From Spirochaetia bacterium (lineage in GTDB: Bacteria; Spirochaetota; Spirochaetia; CADAEX01), in NCBI GenBank assembly GCA_963662265.2, contig CAXXHA010000001.1, forward strand, positions 247,672-311,671: a stretch of DNA of 64,000 nucleotides. Reading direction: 5' to 3'. Below are positions 1-8,802 of the stretch, in pieces. Made by a program: the position numbers and the translations under genes. Within the stretch, counting starts at the first letter, position 1. Each line of letters opens with the position of its first letter. The notes below the pieces were generated by a model that saw nothing but the letters and a program-made list of their open reading frames with translations, searched no databases and was not told the DNA's origin.

Positions 1-379
1 CAATTGTTCCTGTAATATACACAATAGCATGATAAGCTCTCAGGAATTTCGAATATCCGTATCGGTATTCGATGTAATCCGGGGGAGTAATTCCATTTGT
101 GATACTTCTGAATTTGCCGGCAACAAATGCAGAAATAAAACAAGCGATACCCAGACCGATACCGGCATACATACCGGGCCAGACACCTTTTTCAACACCC
201 CATTCAATACCACCTACAAAGCAGCCCCCTCCGAAGTGTGTAGCAGCAATGGTAAATGCTACAATAATAAGAGGCATACTTCTTCCTGCAACAAAAAAAT
301 CAGTTGCAGTTTTAACTTTTTTAGAAACCATATAACCAATTGTTATATAGACTGCACAAAAAACCAACAAAACAATCAT
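1..379 (-). CDS. Sodium:solute symporter (SSS) family protein, 5' part (runs off the window edge; absent from the ORF track)
   Basis: Manual translation from ATG 379 (GGAGG RBS upstream): MIVLLVFCAVYITIGYMVSKKVKTATDFFVAGRSMPLIIVAFTIAATHFGGGCFVGG...TPPDYIEYRYG. The DFFVAGR and T-x-x-D-Y-x-x-x-R-Y motifs are typical of SSS transporters. Confidence 0.85.
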   Translation of the reverse strand, partial: MIVLLVFCAVYITIGYMVSKKVKTATDFFVAGRSMPLIIVAFTIAATHFGGGCFVGGIEWGVEKGVWPGMYAGIGLGIACFISAFVAGKFRSITNGITPPDYIEYRYGYSKFLRAYHAIVYITGTI

Positions 380-459
380 TAATATTCCTCCTAAAAATAT
401 TACTAATTAAATCTCAAAAAATTAAATAAAATCCTCCTTTTAAAAAGTATTCAGCTCAG

Positions 460-2559
460 TTACCTGTTTTCTATCACTAACGCGTCTACGATACGGACAC
501 CCTTACCTTTCCCGTAAACAAAAACAGGATTCAGATCAATTTCCCTGACCAGATCCTTGTTTTCAGAAGCGAAAGAAGCAAGGTCCACAATAAGGTCACA
601 CAACGCATCAACATCATGCTCACTTCCTCCTCTGTAACCTGAAAGAAGCTTGAATGCTTTTAATTCACTGATCATACTGAGTGCTTCTTTTTTACTGACA
701 GGTGCAGGATAAAGAGAAATATCTTTGAAGACTTCAACAAATACACCCCCCATACCTACAAGAACAACCGGTCCGAAAGTCTGGTCATTTTTAATACCGA
801 CAATCATTTCAGTTCCCGGCTCAAGCATTTCCTGAACAAGCACTCCATTCAGGACAGCTGACGGATTATATTCTCTGCAGCTGGAAATAATCTGATCAAA
901 GGCTTCTTCTCCCTCATCAGAATTCATGATATTAAGCCTGACGCCTCCGGCATCTGTCTTATGAAGAATATCTGCTGAATTGATTTTCATGACATATGGC
1001 GCTTTCAGCCGGGACATTGCTTCTCTGGCTTCTTCTCTGGAATTAACAACAATATACTCAGGCACAGTTACACCATGCTTTGAAATCAGATTTTTACTGT
1101 CAGCTTCTGAAAGGGGTTTTGAACCTGATGCGTTTTTTTCGGGAACAGCAATTTCAAGCGTTCTGCTTTCATGGTCATATTCAGAATATTCCGCAAGATA
1201 ACTTATGCATGAATATCCGGACTGGCCGCCCGAAACAAGAGGTATACCTGCATTTTCAAGCTTCAGGCGGAGTTCTTTGTTTCTTGAAGCTTCATATGAC
1301 GGTACGGCAAATATAGGGAACATGTCTTTTTCCCCGGCAGCATCTATTAATGCATCTGTAAAGTCATGCATTCTCGGGCTTGCGTTCCCTTCAATATTTG
1401 TACCAAGCACAACTGCAGAAATGTTTTCATCCCTGCGGGCAGCCTTAATAATTCCAGCTATCGCTTCCTTGTTTCTGAACAAGTCTGTTGTTGCATCAAG
1501 AGGATTCTGGGCAGTAGCAAATCCCGGCAGATATTTTTCCATTTCAGATACTGTTTCATTCCTGAAATCAGGAAGATCAATACCGTAATACTCACAAAGA
1601 TCTGCACAGATTGCATTTTCCCCTCCTGAAAGGTTTATACCGCAGAAAGAATTGCTCTTCGGATAATTGCCTTTCAGTACACTGAACATCTGGGCTGTAG
1701 TCATGAATTCCTCAAGATCCCTTACACGGATAACTCCGTACTTTTTAAACACTGCTTCAAAGGATGAATCTGAACCTGCAAGATTACCTGTATGGGAAGC
1801 TGTTGCAGCAGCACCTTTAGCAGACTTGCCTGTTTTCAGGACTATGACAGGCTTTCTCTTCCTTGCTGCTGTTTTCAGGGAATCGGCAAATTTCCTGCCG
1901 TCTTTTACACCTTCAATATATAGAGCGATTACTTTCGTATTATCATCATTCACAAGAAAATCAAGATACTCTTCAAACTTGACAATATTGCCGTTTCCTG
2001 AAGATATGCAGTAGGAAACATTCATGTAGTCTCTCATCATGATATGCTGAGCAATAAATCCGCTCTGTGCCACAATTCCGATTCCTGTCGGCCTTGTGTT
2101 CATGTCAATGTTTAAAGTGAGACCCCATAAGTTTATTTTATCAACATTATTCAATATTCCGGCACAGTTAGGTCCCAGAAGAGCAATGCCGTATTCTTCA
2201 CAAATTTCAGACATTACCTTTTCAAGAGCCAGACCTTCATCTGAATGTTCTTCTGCAAAACCGCTTGCATATACTATTGCAGCCTTTACACCTTTTTCTC
2301 CGGCCTGCTTCAAAATAGGAACAACAGCAGGTTTCGGAGTACATATAATAACACAGTCAATTGTGTCTTCGATTTCATCAATTGACTTGAAGCATTTCCG
2401 TCCGTTTAAAGTATCACGGGCAGGATGAACATAATAAACCCTGTCAGCCACAGAACTTGCAGCAGTACCAACTGCTGCAGCGCATCCGAAACTTCCGGGC
2501 CTGTCAGTAACACCTACTACAGCCACGCTTTCCGGTTTTATAAGCTTTTTTATATTCAT
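460..2559 (-). CDS. ADP-forming acyl-CoA synthetase (acetate--CoA ligase family), fused alpha/beta
   Basis: CoA-binding N-terminus (PESVAVVG, ASGFAE, GPNCAG), phospho-His motif ASHTG, C-terminal ATP-grasp (HKTDAGGV, EIDLNP). Confidence 0.9.
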   Translation of the reverse strand: MNIKKLIKPESVAVVGVTDRPGSFGCAAAVGTAASSVADRVYYVHPARDTLNGRKCFKSIDEIEDTIDCVIICTPKPAVVPILKQAGEKGVKAAIVYASGFAEEHSDEGLALEKVMSEICEEYGIALLGPNCAGILNNVDKINLWGLTLNIDMNTRPTGIGIVAQSGFIAQHIMMRDYMNVSYCISSGNGNIVKFEEYLDFLVNDDNTKVIALYIEGVKDGRKFADSLKTAARKRKPVIVLKTGKSAKGAAATASHTGNLAGSDSSFEAVFKKYGVIRVRDLEEFMTTAQMFSVLKGNYPKSNSFCGINLSGGENAICADLCEYYGIDLPDFRNETVSEMEKYLPGFATAQNPLDATTDLFRNKEAIAGIIKAARRDENISAVVLGTNIEGNASPRMHDFTDALIDAAGEKDMFPIFAVPSYEASRNKELRLKLENAGIPLVSGGQSGYSCISYLAEYSEYDHESRTLEIAVPEKNASGSKPLSEADSKNLISKHGVTVPEYIVVNSREEAREAMSRLKAPYVMKINSADILHKTDAGGVRLNIMNSDEGEEAFDQIISSCREYNPSAVLNGVLVQEMLEPGTEMIVGIKNDQTFGPVVLVGMGGVFVEVFKDISLYPAPVSKKEALSMISELKAFKLLSGYRGGSEHDVDALCDLIVDLASFASENKDLVREIDLNPVFVYGKGKGVRIVDALVIENR

Positions 2560-3104
2560 TTTTCTTCCCTCTGGATGTCATACCCTGACTCAAATGCAGC
2601 AGTATTCAGTTCGTTGAATTTTTCCTTGCCCTTATCCTTAAAAAATCTGTTCATGGATAAAAGAGCCTGTTCTCTGGTAAAAAGCTCACAATTCCTGATA
2701 AGCGCTCCTATAGCAACAAGGTTTGCACCTTTTGGATTATTAACCTTCCCTGCAAGGGTAATACACGGGACTTTAACAATATTCACATTGTCAGGGTACT
2801 GCTGCTGATCTGCGACAATATCACTGTTGACAATTATATAACCACCCTCTTTGACAAGAGCTCCATACGCATCGACAGAAGGACTGTTCATTGCAACAAG
2901 AATATCTATTTCTTCCATATTGGGACTGCCGATTATTGAATCGCTGAATTTAACAACACTGTGCGCTGTTCCGCCCCTCATTGTAGGCCCGTATGCAGGC
3001 ATCCATGTCACTTCTTTATCTGAATCGACTGCCATCTGGGAAACAACCAGACCTGCTGTTAAAACCCCCTGTCCGCCAAAACCTGAAAAAACCAGTTCTT
3101 TCAT
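2556..3104 (-). CDS. 2-oxoacid:ferredoxin oxidoreductase gamma subunit
   Basis: GFGGQG and YGPTMRGG motifs. Start moved to ATG 3104 (MKELVFSG), just after the beta-subunit stop. Confidence 0.9.
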   Translation of the reverse strand: MKELVFSGFGGQGVLTAGLVVSQMAVDSDKEVTWMPAYGPTMRGGTAHSVVKFSDSIIGSPNMEEIDILVAMNSPSVDAYGALVKEGGYIIVNSDIVADQQQYPDNVNIVKVPCITLAGKVNNPKGANLVAIGALIRNCELFTREQALLSMNRFFKDKGKEKFNELNTAAFESGYDIQREEK

Positions 3105-3105
3105 T

Positions 3106-3849
3106 TTATTCCCCCTTCCTGGATTTAAACTCGCCTGTCGGATAATGAGGCAGCATATTTTTCTCAACCCAGTCCAATGACTCAATTGGGGGAATTCCCC
3201 AGTTTGTAGGGCATGGCGCGAGGAATTCAACTATAGAATACCCTTCTCCGTTCAACTGTGCTTCCAGAGCATTCTTGATATATTTTCTTGTCTTATTGAT
3301 TTCCTTTGCATTATGAACCGCTCCCCTTGCTGCATATGCAACATTGAACTGGGAGGAAATAATCTCAACAAGTTTTATAGGATCTCCGGTCACCGAACAA
3401 TCACGCCCTTTAACTGATGTCTTGGTCTTCATACCCGGCAGTGTTGTCCAGGACATCTGCCCGCCTGTCATGCCGAATAATGCATTATTAATCACAAATG
3501 CAGTAATCTTTTCATTTCTGTAGGCAGCATTCAGAGTTTCAGCTATACCTATAACAGCTGCATCGCCGTCACCCTGGTATGTCATTACAACAGATTCAGG
3601 AGATACTCTTTTCATTCCTGTAGCCATAGCTGCAGGTCTTCCATGGGCGCACTGCATCTTATCCCCTTTAAAGAAATGATGAAGATTGCAGCTGCATCCA
3701 ACACCAAGGCTGAACATGAAATTGTCCAGTTGCCCGAGCTCTTCCAGAACTTCAGCAATAAGCCGTGTTACTATTCCGTGTCCACAGCCGGTGCAGAACG
3801 GATGATGTGTTTCCCCCCAGATTGCAGGAGCTTTTTTTACCTTAGCCAT
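3106..3849 (-). CDS. 2-oxoacid:ferredoxin oxidoreductase beta (TPP-binding) subunit
   Basis: FCTGCGH, GCS, HGR, YQGDGD..IG, NN..FGMTGGQ and PCPTNW motifs. Start at ATG 3849 (GGAGG RBS). Confidence 0.92.
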   Translation of the reverse strand: MAKVKKAPAIWGETHHPFCTGCGHGIVTRLIAEVLEELGQLDNFMFSLGVGCSCNLHHFFKGDKMQCAHGRPAAMATGMKRVSPESVVMTYQGDGDAAVIGIAETLNAAYRNEKITAFVINNALFGMTGGQMSWTTLPGMKTKTSVKGRDCSVTGDPIKLVEIISSQFNVAYAARGAVHNAKEINKTRKYIKNALEAQLNGEGYSIVEFLAPCPTNWGIPPIESLDWVEKNMLPHYPTGEFKSRKGE

Positions 3850-3850
3850 A

Positions 3851-4912
3851 TTAGAAGACCTCCTTGATATTTCCATCTTTCGCAGCATAATATTTTTCAA
3901 CAACTTTTTTCACAGAAGGCAATGTTCTCCCTGCCGCATAACTGTAAACAGGCATTGATTTCTCCTTAAAAACAGCTTTGGCAGTCAAAGCCACATCTTC
4001 AACCATCTGCCCCAGGTCATTTGATTCAACAGATATCAGACCCTTTACACCGGGACCAAGCTGTTCAAAAGCCTTTACAGGAAAAGGCCACAGTGTAACA
4101 GGCCTTATTAAACCTGCTTTCTCCCCTTTTTCCCGCAGTTTTCCAACTGCATCTCTACAGACCCTGCTCGGCAGCCCGAAAGAAACAAAAATATATTCAG
4201 CATCTTCTGTCATATAGCTTTCCCACCGCTGCTCATTCTTCTGCATTATTTCTCTTTTTTTTCTGACAGTTTCAGTCATCTCCATCTGTGAACCGAAACC
4301 ATGATCTCTTGTTCCTGTTCCGTCAAATCTCCAGTCAGGAAGCTTTTCCGCTTTTTTATAATCAGGCATTATGCATGGTTCCATCATCTGCCCGAGGGCT
4401 GCTTCTGATAATATTAAAACAGCATTTCTGTATTTTTCAGCTATATCAAAAGATTCATACATCAGATCCACAAGCTCCTGAACTGATGAAGGAGCAAGAA
4501 CTATGGTATTATAATCTCCATTTCCCCCGCCGCGGGTTTCTCTCCAGTAATCGCACTGTGATGTATCAAGCGATCCCAGTCCTGTCCCCCATCTCTGGAC
4601 ATTAAGCATTACATAGGGAAGACTGTATCTTGCAGCATATGAAATCCCCTCCTGCTTGAGCGCCATTCCGGGACCTGATGAAGAAGTCATAGCCCTTCGA
4701 CCGCAGACTGCAGCACCAATAACCATGTTTATTGCTGATATTTCATTTTCAGCCTGAACAAATGATCTTCCCTCCTGCGGCATTCTGTATGAAAAATGCT
4801 CAAGAACTTCAGTTTGCGGGGTAATCGGATATCCTCCATAAAAATCAAGCCCGGCCCTTACTGCTGCTTCCGCAACAGCAATATTTCCTTTCATCATTTT
4901 TTTTGTACTCAT
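3851..4912 (-). CDS. vorB: 2-oxoacid:ferredoxin oxidoreductase alpha subunit (VorB-like; substrate not determined)
   Basis: MKGN-AVAEAA, YPITPQTE, QAENE and TSSSGPG motifs. Start at ATG 4912. Confidence 0.85.
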   Translation of the reverse strand: MSTKKMMKGNIAVAEAAVRAGLDFYGGYPITPQTEVLEHFSYRMPQEGRSFVQAENEISAINMVIGAAVCGRRAMTSSSGPGMALKQEGISYAARYSLPYVMLNVQRWGTGLGSLDTSQCDYWRETRGGGNGDYNTIVLAPSSVQELVDLMYESFDIAEKYRNAVLILSEAALGQMMEPCIMPDYKKAEKLPDWRFDGTGTRDHGFGSQMEMTETVRKKREIMQKNEQRWESYMTEDAEYIFVSFGLPSRVCRDAVGKLREKGEKAGLIRPVTLWPFPVKAFEQLGPGVKGLISVESNDLGQMVEDVALTAKAVFKEKSMPVYSYAAGRTLPSVKKVVEKYYAAKDGNIKEVF

Positions 4913-4925
4913 TAAAGCCTCTCCT

Positions 4926-5126
4926 CTACTCATCAATACTGAAAACACCGTCAGGGCAAACAGTGTAGCAAATACCGCATAGTATGCAGGGTTCCTTATT
5001 TACCTGAATATAATTATATCCGCTCTTATTAAAATCACTTGTCATTGATATTGCTTTTTTTGGACATGAAACAATACAAAAACTGCACCCTTTGCATCTT
5101 TCTTTATCTACAAAAAGATTTCCCAT
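4926..5126 (-). CDS. 2x[4Fe-4S] ferredoxin (oxidoreductase delta subunit)
   Basis: Two CxxCxxCxxxCP motifs, GGAGG RBS, first gene of the operon. Confidence 0.92.
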   Translation of the reverse strand: MGNLFVDKERCKGCSFCIVSCPKKAISMTSDFNKSGYNYIQVNKEPCILCGICYTVCPDGVFSIDE

Positions 5127-5215
5127 TTTCCTAACAACCTCCTAGCTGATCACATACCTTAAAGGTAAAATATATAAATACACGCATTATTTCATATTAT
5201 CCTGCAACCGACTAA

Positions 5216-5245
5216 ATTATATACATGTACTATTTTAATTGTCAA
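5216..5245 (-). promoter_or_regulatory. sigma70-type promoter of the oxidoreductase operon
   Basis: Minus strand TTGACA (5245-5240), 18-bp spacer, TATAAT (5221-5216). Confidence 0.7.
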
Positions 5246-5326
5246 CATTTTTTTATACACGTACTATTTTTAATATTATTTGACACAGAATCATAATCAT
5301 GCTATCTTACTTTAGTACACGTACTA
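5222..5326. promoter_or_regulatory. Three copies of a putative repressor operator TACAYGTACTA (best copy is the near-palindrome TAGTAC-AC-GTACTA)
   Basis: Copies at 5222-5232, 5256-5266 and 5313-5326, lying in or next to both divergent promoters. Confidence 0.6.
5280..5308 (+). promoter_or_regulatory. sigma70-type promoter of the MFS gene
   Basis: TTGACA (5280-5285), 17-bp spacer, TATCTT (5303-5308) preceded by TG (extended -10). Confidence 0.6.
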
Positions 5327-5373
5327 TATTCATATTTCCATGCACCATATTTAAGAAAAGGGAGTTTTACTTA

Positions 5374-6669
5374 ATGACATATCAAGTTGAAAAAAGCCTG
5401 AAAAAAGCACTCAGCTACAGATGGATCATATATATCCTTCCGGCGAGTGTCTTTTTCTTTGCTTTTCTGCATAAACTTGCTCCAAGTGTAATAAGGAACG
5501 AGTTGATGGAATCCTTCGGTCTGACATCAACAGGATTTGCAAACTTAAGTGCAATGTTTTTCTATGCATATATGCTTATGCAGATACCGGCGGGAATTCT
5601 TGCTGATACACTTGGAGCAAAAAAGACTATTATTGCAAGCTGCATTGTTACTGCTGCCGGGTTAATTCTTCTGGGATCAGCAACAACAATTCCGGTTGCA
5701 ATGATATCAAGGCTTATAATGGGTCTCGGGACATCTGTGGTTTTTATATCTGTTCTCAAAATACAGACGCAGTGGTTCAGGGAAGATGAATTCGGCACAA
5801 TGACAGGTATCAGCGCCTCTATCGGGAATTTCGGAGGGGCAGTATCCCAGGCGCCCCTTGCGGCAGTTGTTGCTTTATTAACATGGAGGGCAACATTTAT
5901 ATGGATGGGTATTATTACACTTGCACTTGCAGTACTGGTATTTATCTTTGTGGAAAATAAGCCTGAAGATAAAGGTTTTCCGGCAATATCAAATTCTGCT
6001 TCCCGGAAAAAAGCAGCATCTTTCAGTGATATTCTAAACGCTTTAATGAATATTATAAAAAATTTTCACAGCTGGCCGATGTTTTTTATAACAATATGCC
6101 TTGGAGGCAGCGGTTTTACACTGAACCTGTGGGGCGTAAGCTATATTATGGATGTTTACAACTACACAAGTATACAGGCTGGTAAAATTACGCTTCTGCT
6201 CGCCATAGGTACCGGTACTGGAGCAATCCTTTTCGGATTTATTTCAGACAAAATCAAAAGCAGAAAAATACCGTATTTAATATGCGGATCACTGGTGCTT
6301 CTTTTATGGGTGGTTCTCCTTGTATTTTATAAAGCAAAACCCCCAATAGCCTTTCTTACAGCATGGTTTTTCTTTATAGGTTTTTTCAATGCAACAGCAA
6401 CACTTGCATGGTCAACTGGAAAAGAGGTAAATGATCCGAAATATTCAGGTATGGCGACATCTTTTATCAGTTTCGGAACATTCCTGGGGGCAGCTGTTAT
6501 TCCTGTAGTTGCAGGTATGGTGATTGACAAATATTCAATGCTGGAAAATGCTGTGGATATTTACAGAAAAGCTTTTTCCATGAATATCACGCTCAGTTTA
6601 ATCGCATTTATCCTGATTCTTTTTGTAAAAGAAACAAACTGCAGAAATATTTATAAAACATCCGAATAA
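5374..6669 (+). CDS. MFS transporter
   Basis: About 12 hydrophobic segments, motif A GILADTLGAKK and second-half GFISDKIKSRK. Start at ATG 5374 after GGGAG. Confidence 0.9.
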   Translation: MTYQVEKSLKKALSYRWIIYILPASVFFFAFLHKLAPSVIRNELMESFGLTSTGFANLSAMFFYAYMLMQIPAGILADTLGAKKTIIASCIVTAAGLILLGSATTIPVAMISRLIMGLGTSVVFISVLKIQTQWFREDEFGTMTGISASIGNFGGAVSQAPLAAVVALLTWRATFIWMGIITLALAVLVFIFVENKPEDKGFPAISNSASRKKAASFSDILNALMNIIKNFHSWPMFFITICLGGSGFTLNLWGVSYIMDVYNYTSIQAGKITLLLAIGTGTGAILFGFISDKIKSRKIPYLICGSLVLLLWVVLLVFYKAKPPIAFLTAWFFFIGFFNATATLAWSTGKEVNDPKYSGMATSFISFGTFLGAAVIPVVAGMVIDKYSMLENAVDIYRKAFSMNITLSLIAFILILFVKETNCRNIYKTSE

Positions 6670-6749
6670 CTCAGGCAGTGTAGAACACTCATGATATTCA
6701 TAAACAGGACAAAATAACTGCCTTGATAATTTTGTTGTCATATATAGAA

Positions 6750-6773
6750 AAGGGACTCCCTGTGGAGTCCCTT
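6750..6773. terminator. Likely bidirectional intrinsic terminator between MFS and hydA
   Basis: AAGGGACTCC-ctgt-GGAGTCCCTT hairpin between convergent genes. Confidence 0.75.
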
Positions 6774-6807
6774 AAACTTTTTAACATATATCCTTAATCT
6801 AGAAAAT

Positions 6808-8802
6808 TTATGGAAGATTCTTTTTTATCTCTGCAAGGACCTCATCCGTATCTGTCTTGTAGAGAGTTTTGTTTCCTATCCTTACAGTCGGTCCCCTGTC
6901 GCATGTTTCCCTGCAGAATGATGCCTGTACAGAGACTTTTCCGCTGAAACTGCTTTCAGCTTCTTTAATCACACTTGATAATATTGCCTGGGATCCCCTG
7001 AGGAAGCATCCTGTACCGACACATACTTTGACTTCAAGAGGATTTTTGACATCTGTTTTTACAAGACTGTATTCAGCAGTCTGTATCCTTTTTCTGCTTT
7101 CAAATGAAGTATGAAGAAGGCTGTGAGCCTCACTGCTTCCTGCCTTGCCGCCAAGATATCTGGTATAAACAGGGTCAATGAAAGGGTTCTGAGCTGTATT
7201 TTTTACAGGTTCCCGCCTGTCAATTCCGTCAAGAGCACTTGAACGCTTCAGCCTCATCTTTCCTTCAGGATCAACCGGCTGGCCTGCCCCTCCGACACAT
7301 CCGCCTGGACATGCCATTACTTCAATAATATCATATTCACAGCTGCCATCTATGACAGATCTTGCTACCTTATCCGCATTTTTAAGTCCCTGGACTGTGC
7401 AGACTCTAACAGTCTCCCCATTCAGCAATATGTTCATGACTGAAATACCGGGATTGTCTTCAGGGTGTTCACAGCTTAAATCCTGACTGGAGATATCTTC
7501 ACCTGATTTTGCAACAGTATACCTGATCACAGCTTCTGCAACTCCCCCGGATCTGCCGAATATGCTTCCGGCTCCTGAACTTGAAGACATTGGGAGATCC
7601 ATTGATGACGGTTCAACTTCATCAAACAGAATACCAGCCTGCATAATCATTTTTCCGAGTTCCTGTGTTGTAAGGACATTATCAACAAGTTGATTTCCAT
7701 CAACAGAAAGCTCTTTACGGTCTTTTTCAAATTTTTTCGCAGTACACGGCATCACAGATACCATTTTTATCTTCCTGCCATCTACAGCCTCCTCATCTGC
7801 AAGGATTTTCCTTCCTATACTTGCTGTCATTGACTGCGGAGACATACATGAAGAGAGGTGGTTAAGAAGTTCAGGATATGACTGCTCTGCAAATTTCACC
7901 CAGCCTGGACAGCATGATGTAAAAAGAGGCAGCCTGCTTTCATTTTTTCTTTCCAGAAACTCATTTGATTCTTCAATTACAGTGAGGTCAGCACCGAAAG
8001 CTGTGCTGTACACCCTGTCAAACCCCAGAGCTTTCAATGAGGCAACTATCCGCCCTGTTACATCCTGACCAGTCAGGTTAAACATCTCACCGAGAGCTGT
8101 GCGGACAGCCGGAGCTATCTGGACGGCAGTGAATGTATTTTCATCTTCAATAAGACTCCATACTGCATCAACCTCGGAACGGGGAACAATAGCGCCTGTG
8201 GGACAGACAGCAGCACACTGGCCGCAGTTAACACAGTCCACTTCTGAAAGACTCTTATTGAATGCAGGTGTTACCTTTACTTCCTCGCCTCTGTAGGCAA
8301 AATCTATAGCTCCGATTCCCTGTATTTCCGAACAGTACCTCACACAGTCTCCACAGAGAATACATTTATTCGGGTCCCTGACAAGGGCCGGTGAACCGGT
8401 ATCAAGATCCATCTTTTCCCTTGTTTTTCTGAACCGGATATCGGAAACTCCCAGTTTTGATGCAATGCTCTGAAGTTTACAGCTCCCCTCCTTGCTGCAT
8501 GAAGGACAGTTCATCTCATGGTTTGCAAGAAGAAGTTCCATTGTCATTTTTCTTATATCACGAAGTTTTTTTGTTGATGTTTTTATCTTCATTCCGTCCC
8601 GTGGAGGTGTTGAACAGGAAGCCATTACCCCCCGACCTTCAACCTCTACAATACAGAGACGACAGGCCCCGTATACACTGAGCTCTGAATGATAGCAGAA
8701 AGTAGGCAGTTCTATTCCTGCTTTTCTTACTATTTCAAGAAGATTTTTTTCATCCTCTATAGGTATTCTTTTATTGTTAACAGTTACAAAACCTTTACTC
8801 AT
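6808..8802 (-). CDS. hydA: [FeFe]-hydrogenase catalytic subunit HydA (group A, trimeric type) with C-terminal thioredoxin-like [2Fe-2S] domain
   Basis: H-cluster motifs TSCCPGW, MPCTAKKFE and EVMACPGGCVGGAGQP. N-terminal 2Fe-2S, His-ligated 4Fe-4S and 2x4Fe-4S domains. C-terminal CVGTGC...CRETC. Confidence 0.95.
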   Translation of the reverse strand: MSKGFVTVNNKRIPIEDEKNLLEIVRKAGIELPTFCYHSELSVYGACRLCIVEVEGRGVMASCSTPPRDGMKIKTSTKKLRDIRKMTMELLLANHEMNCPSCSKEGSCKLQSIASKLGVSDIRFRKTREKMDLDTGSPALVRDPNKCILCGDCVRYCSEIQGIGAIDFAYRGEEVKVTPAFNKSLSEVDCVNCGQCAAVCPTGAIVPRSEVDAVWSLIEDENTFTAVQIAPAVRTALGEMFNLTGQDVTGRIVASLKALGFDRVYSTAFGADLTVIEESNEFLERKNESRLPLFTSCCPGWVKFAEQSYPELLNHLSSCMSPQSMTASIGRKILADEEAVDGRKIKMVSVMPCTAKKFEKDRKELSVDGNQLVDNVLTTQELGKMIMQAGILFDEVEPSSMDLPMSSSSGAGSIFGRSGGVAEAVIRYTVAKSGEDISSQDLSCEHPEDNPGISVMNILLNGETVRVCTVQGLKNADKVARSVIDGSCEYDIIEVMACPGGCVGGAGQPVDPEGKMRLKRSSALDGIDRREPVKNTAQNPFIDPVYTRYLGGKAGSSEAHSLLHTSFESRKRIQTAEYSLVKTDVKNPLEVKVCVGTGCFLRGSQAILSSVIKEAESSFSGKVSVQASFCRETCDRGPTVRIGNKTLYKTDTDEVLAEIKKNLP

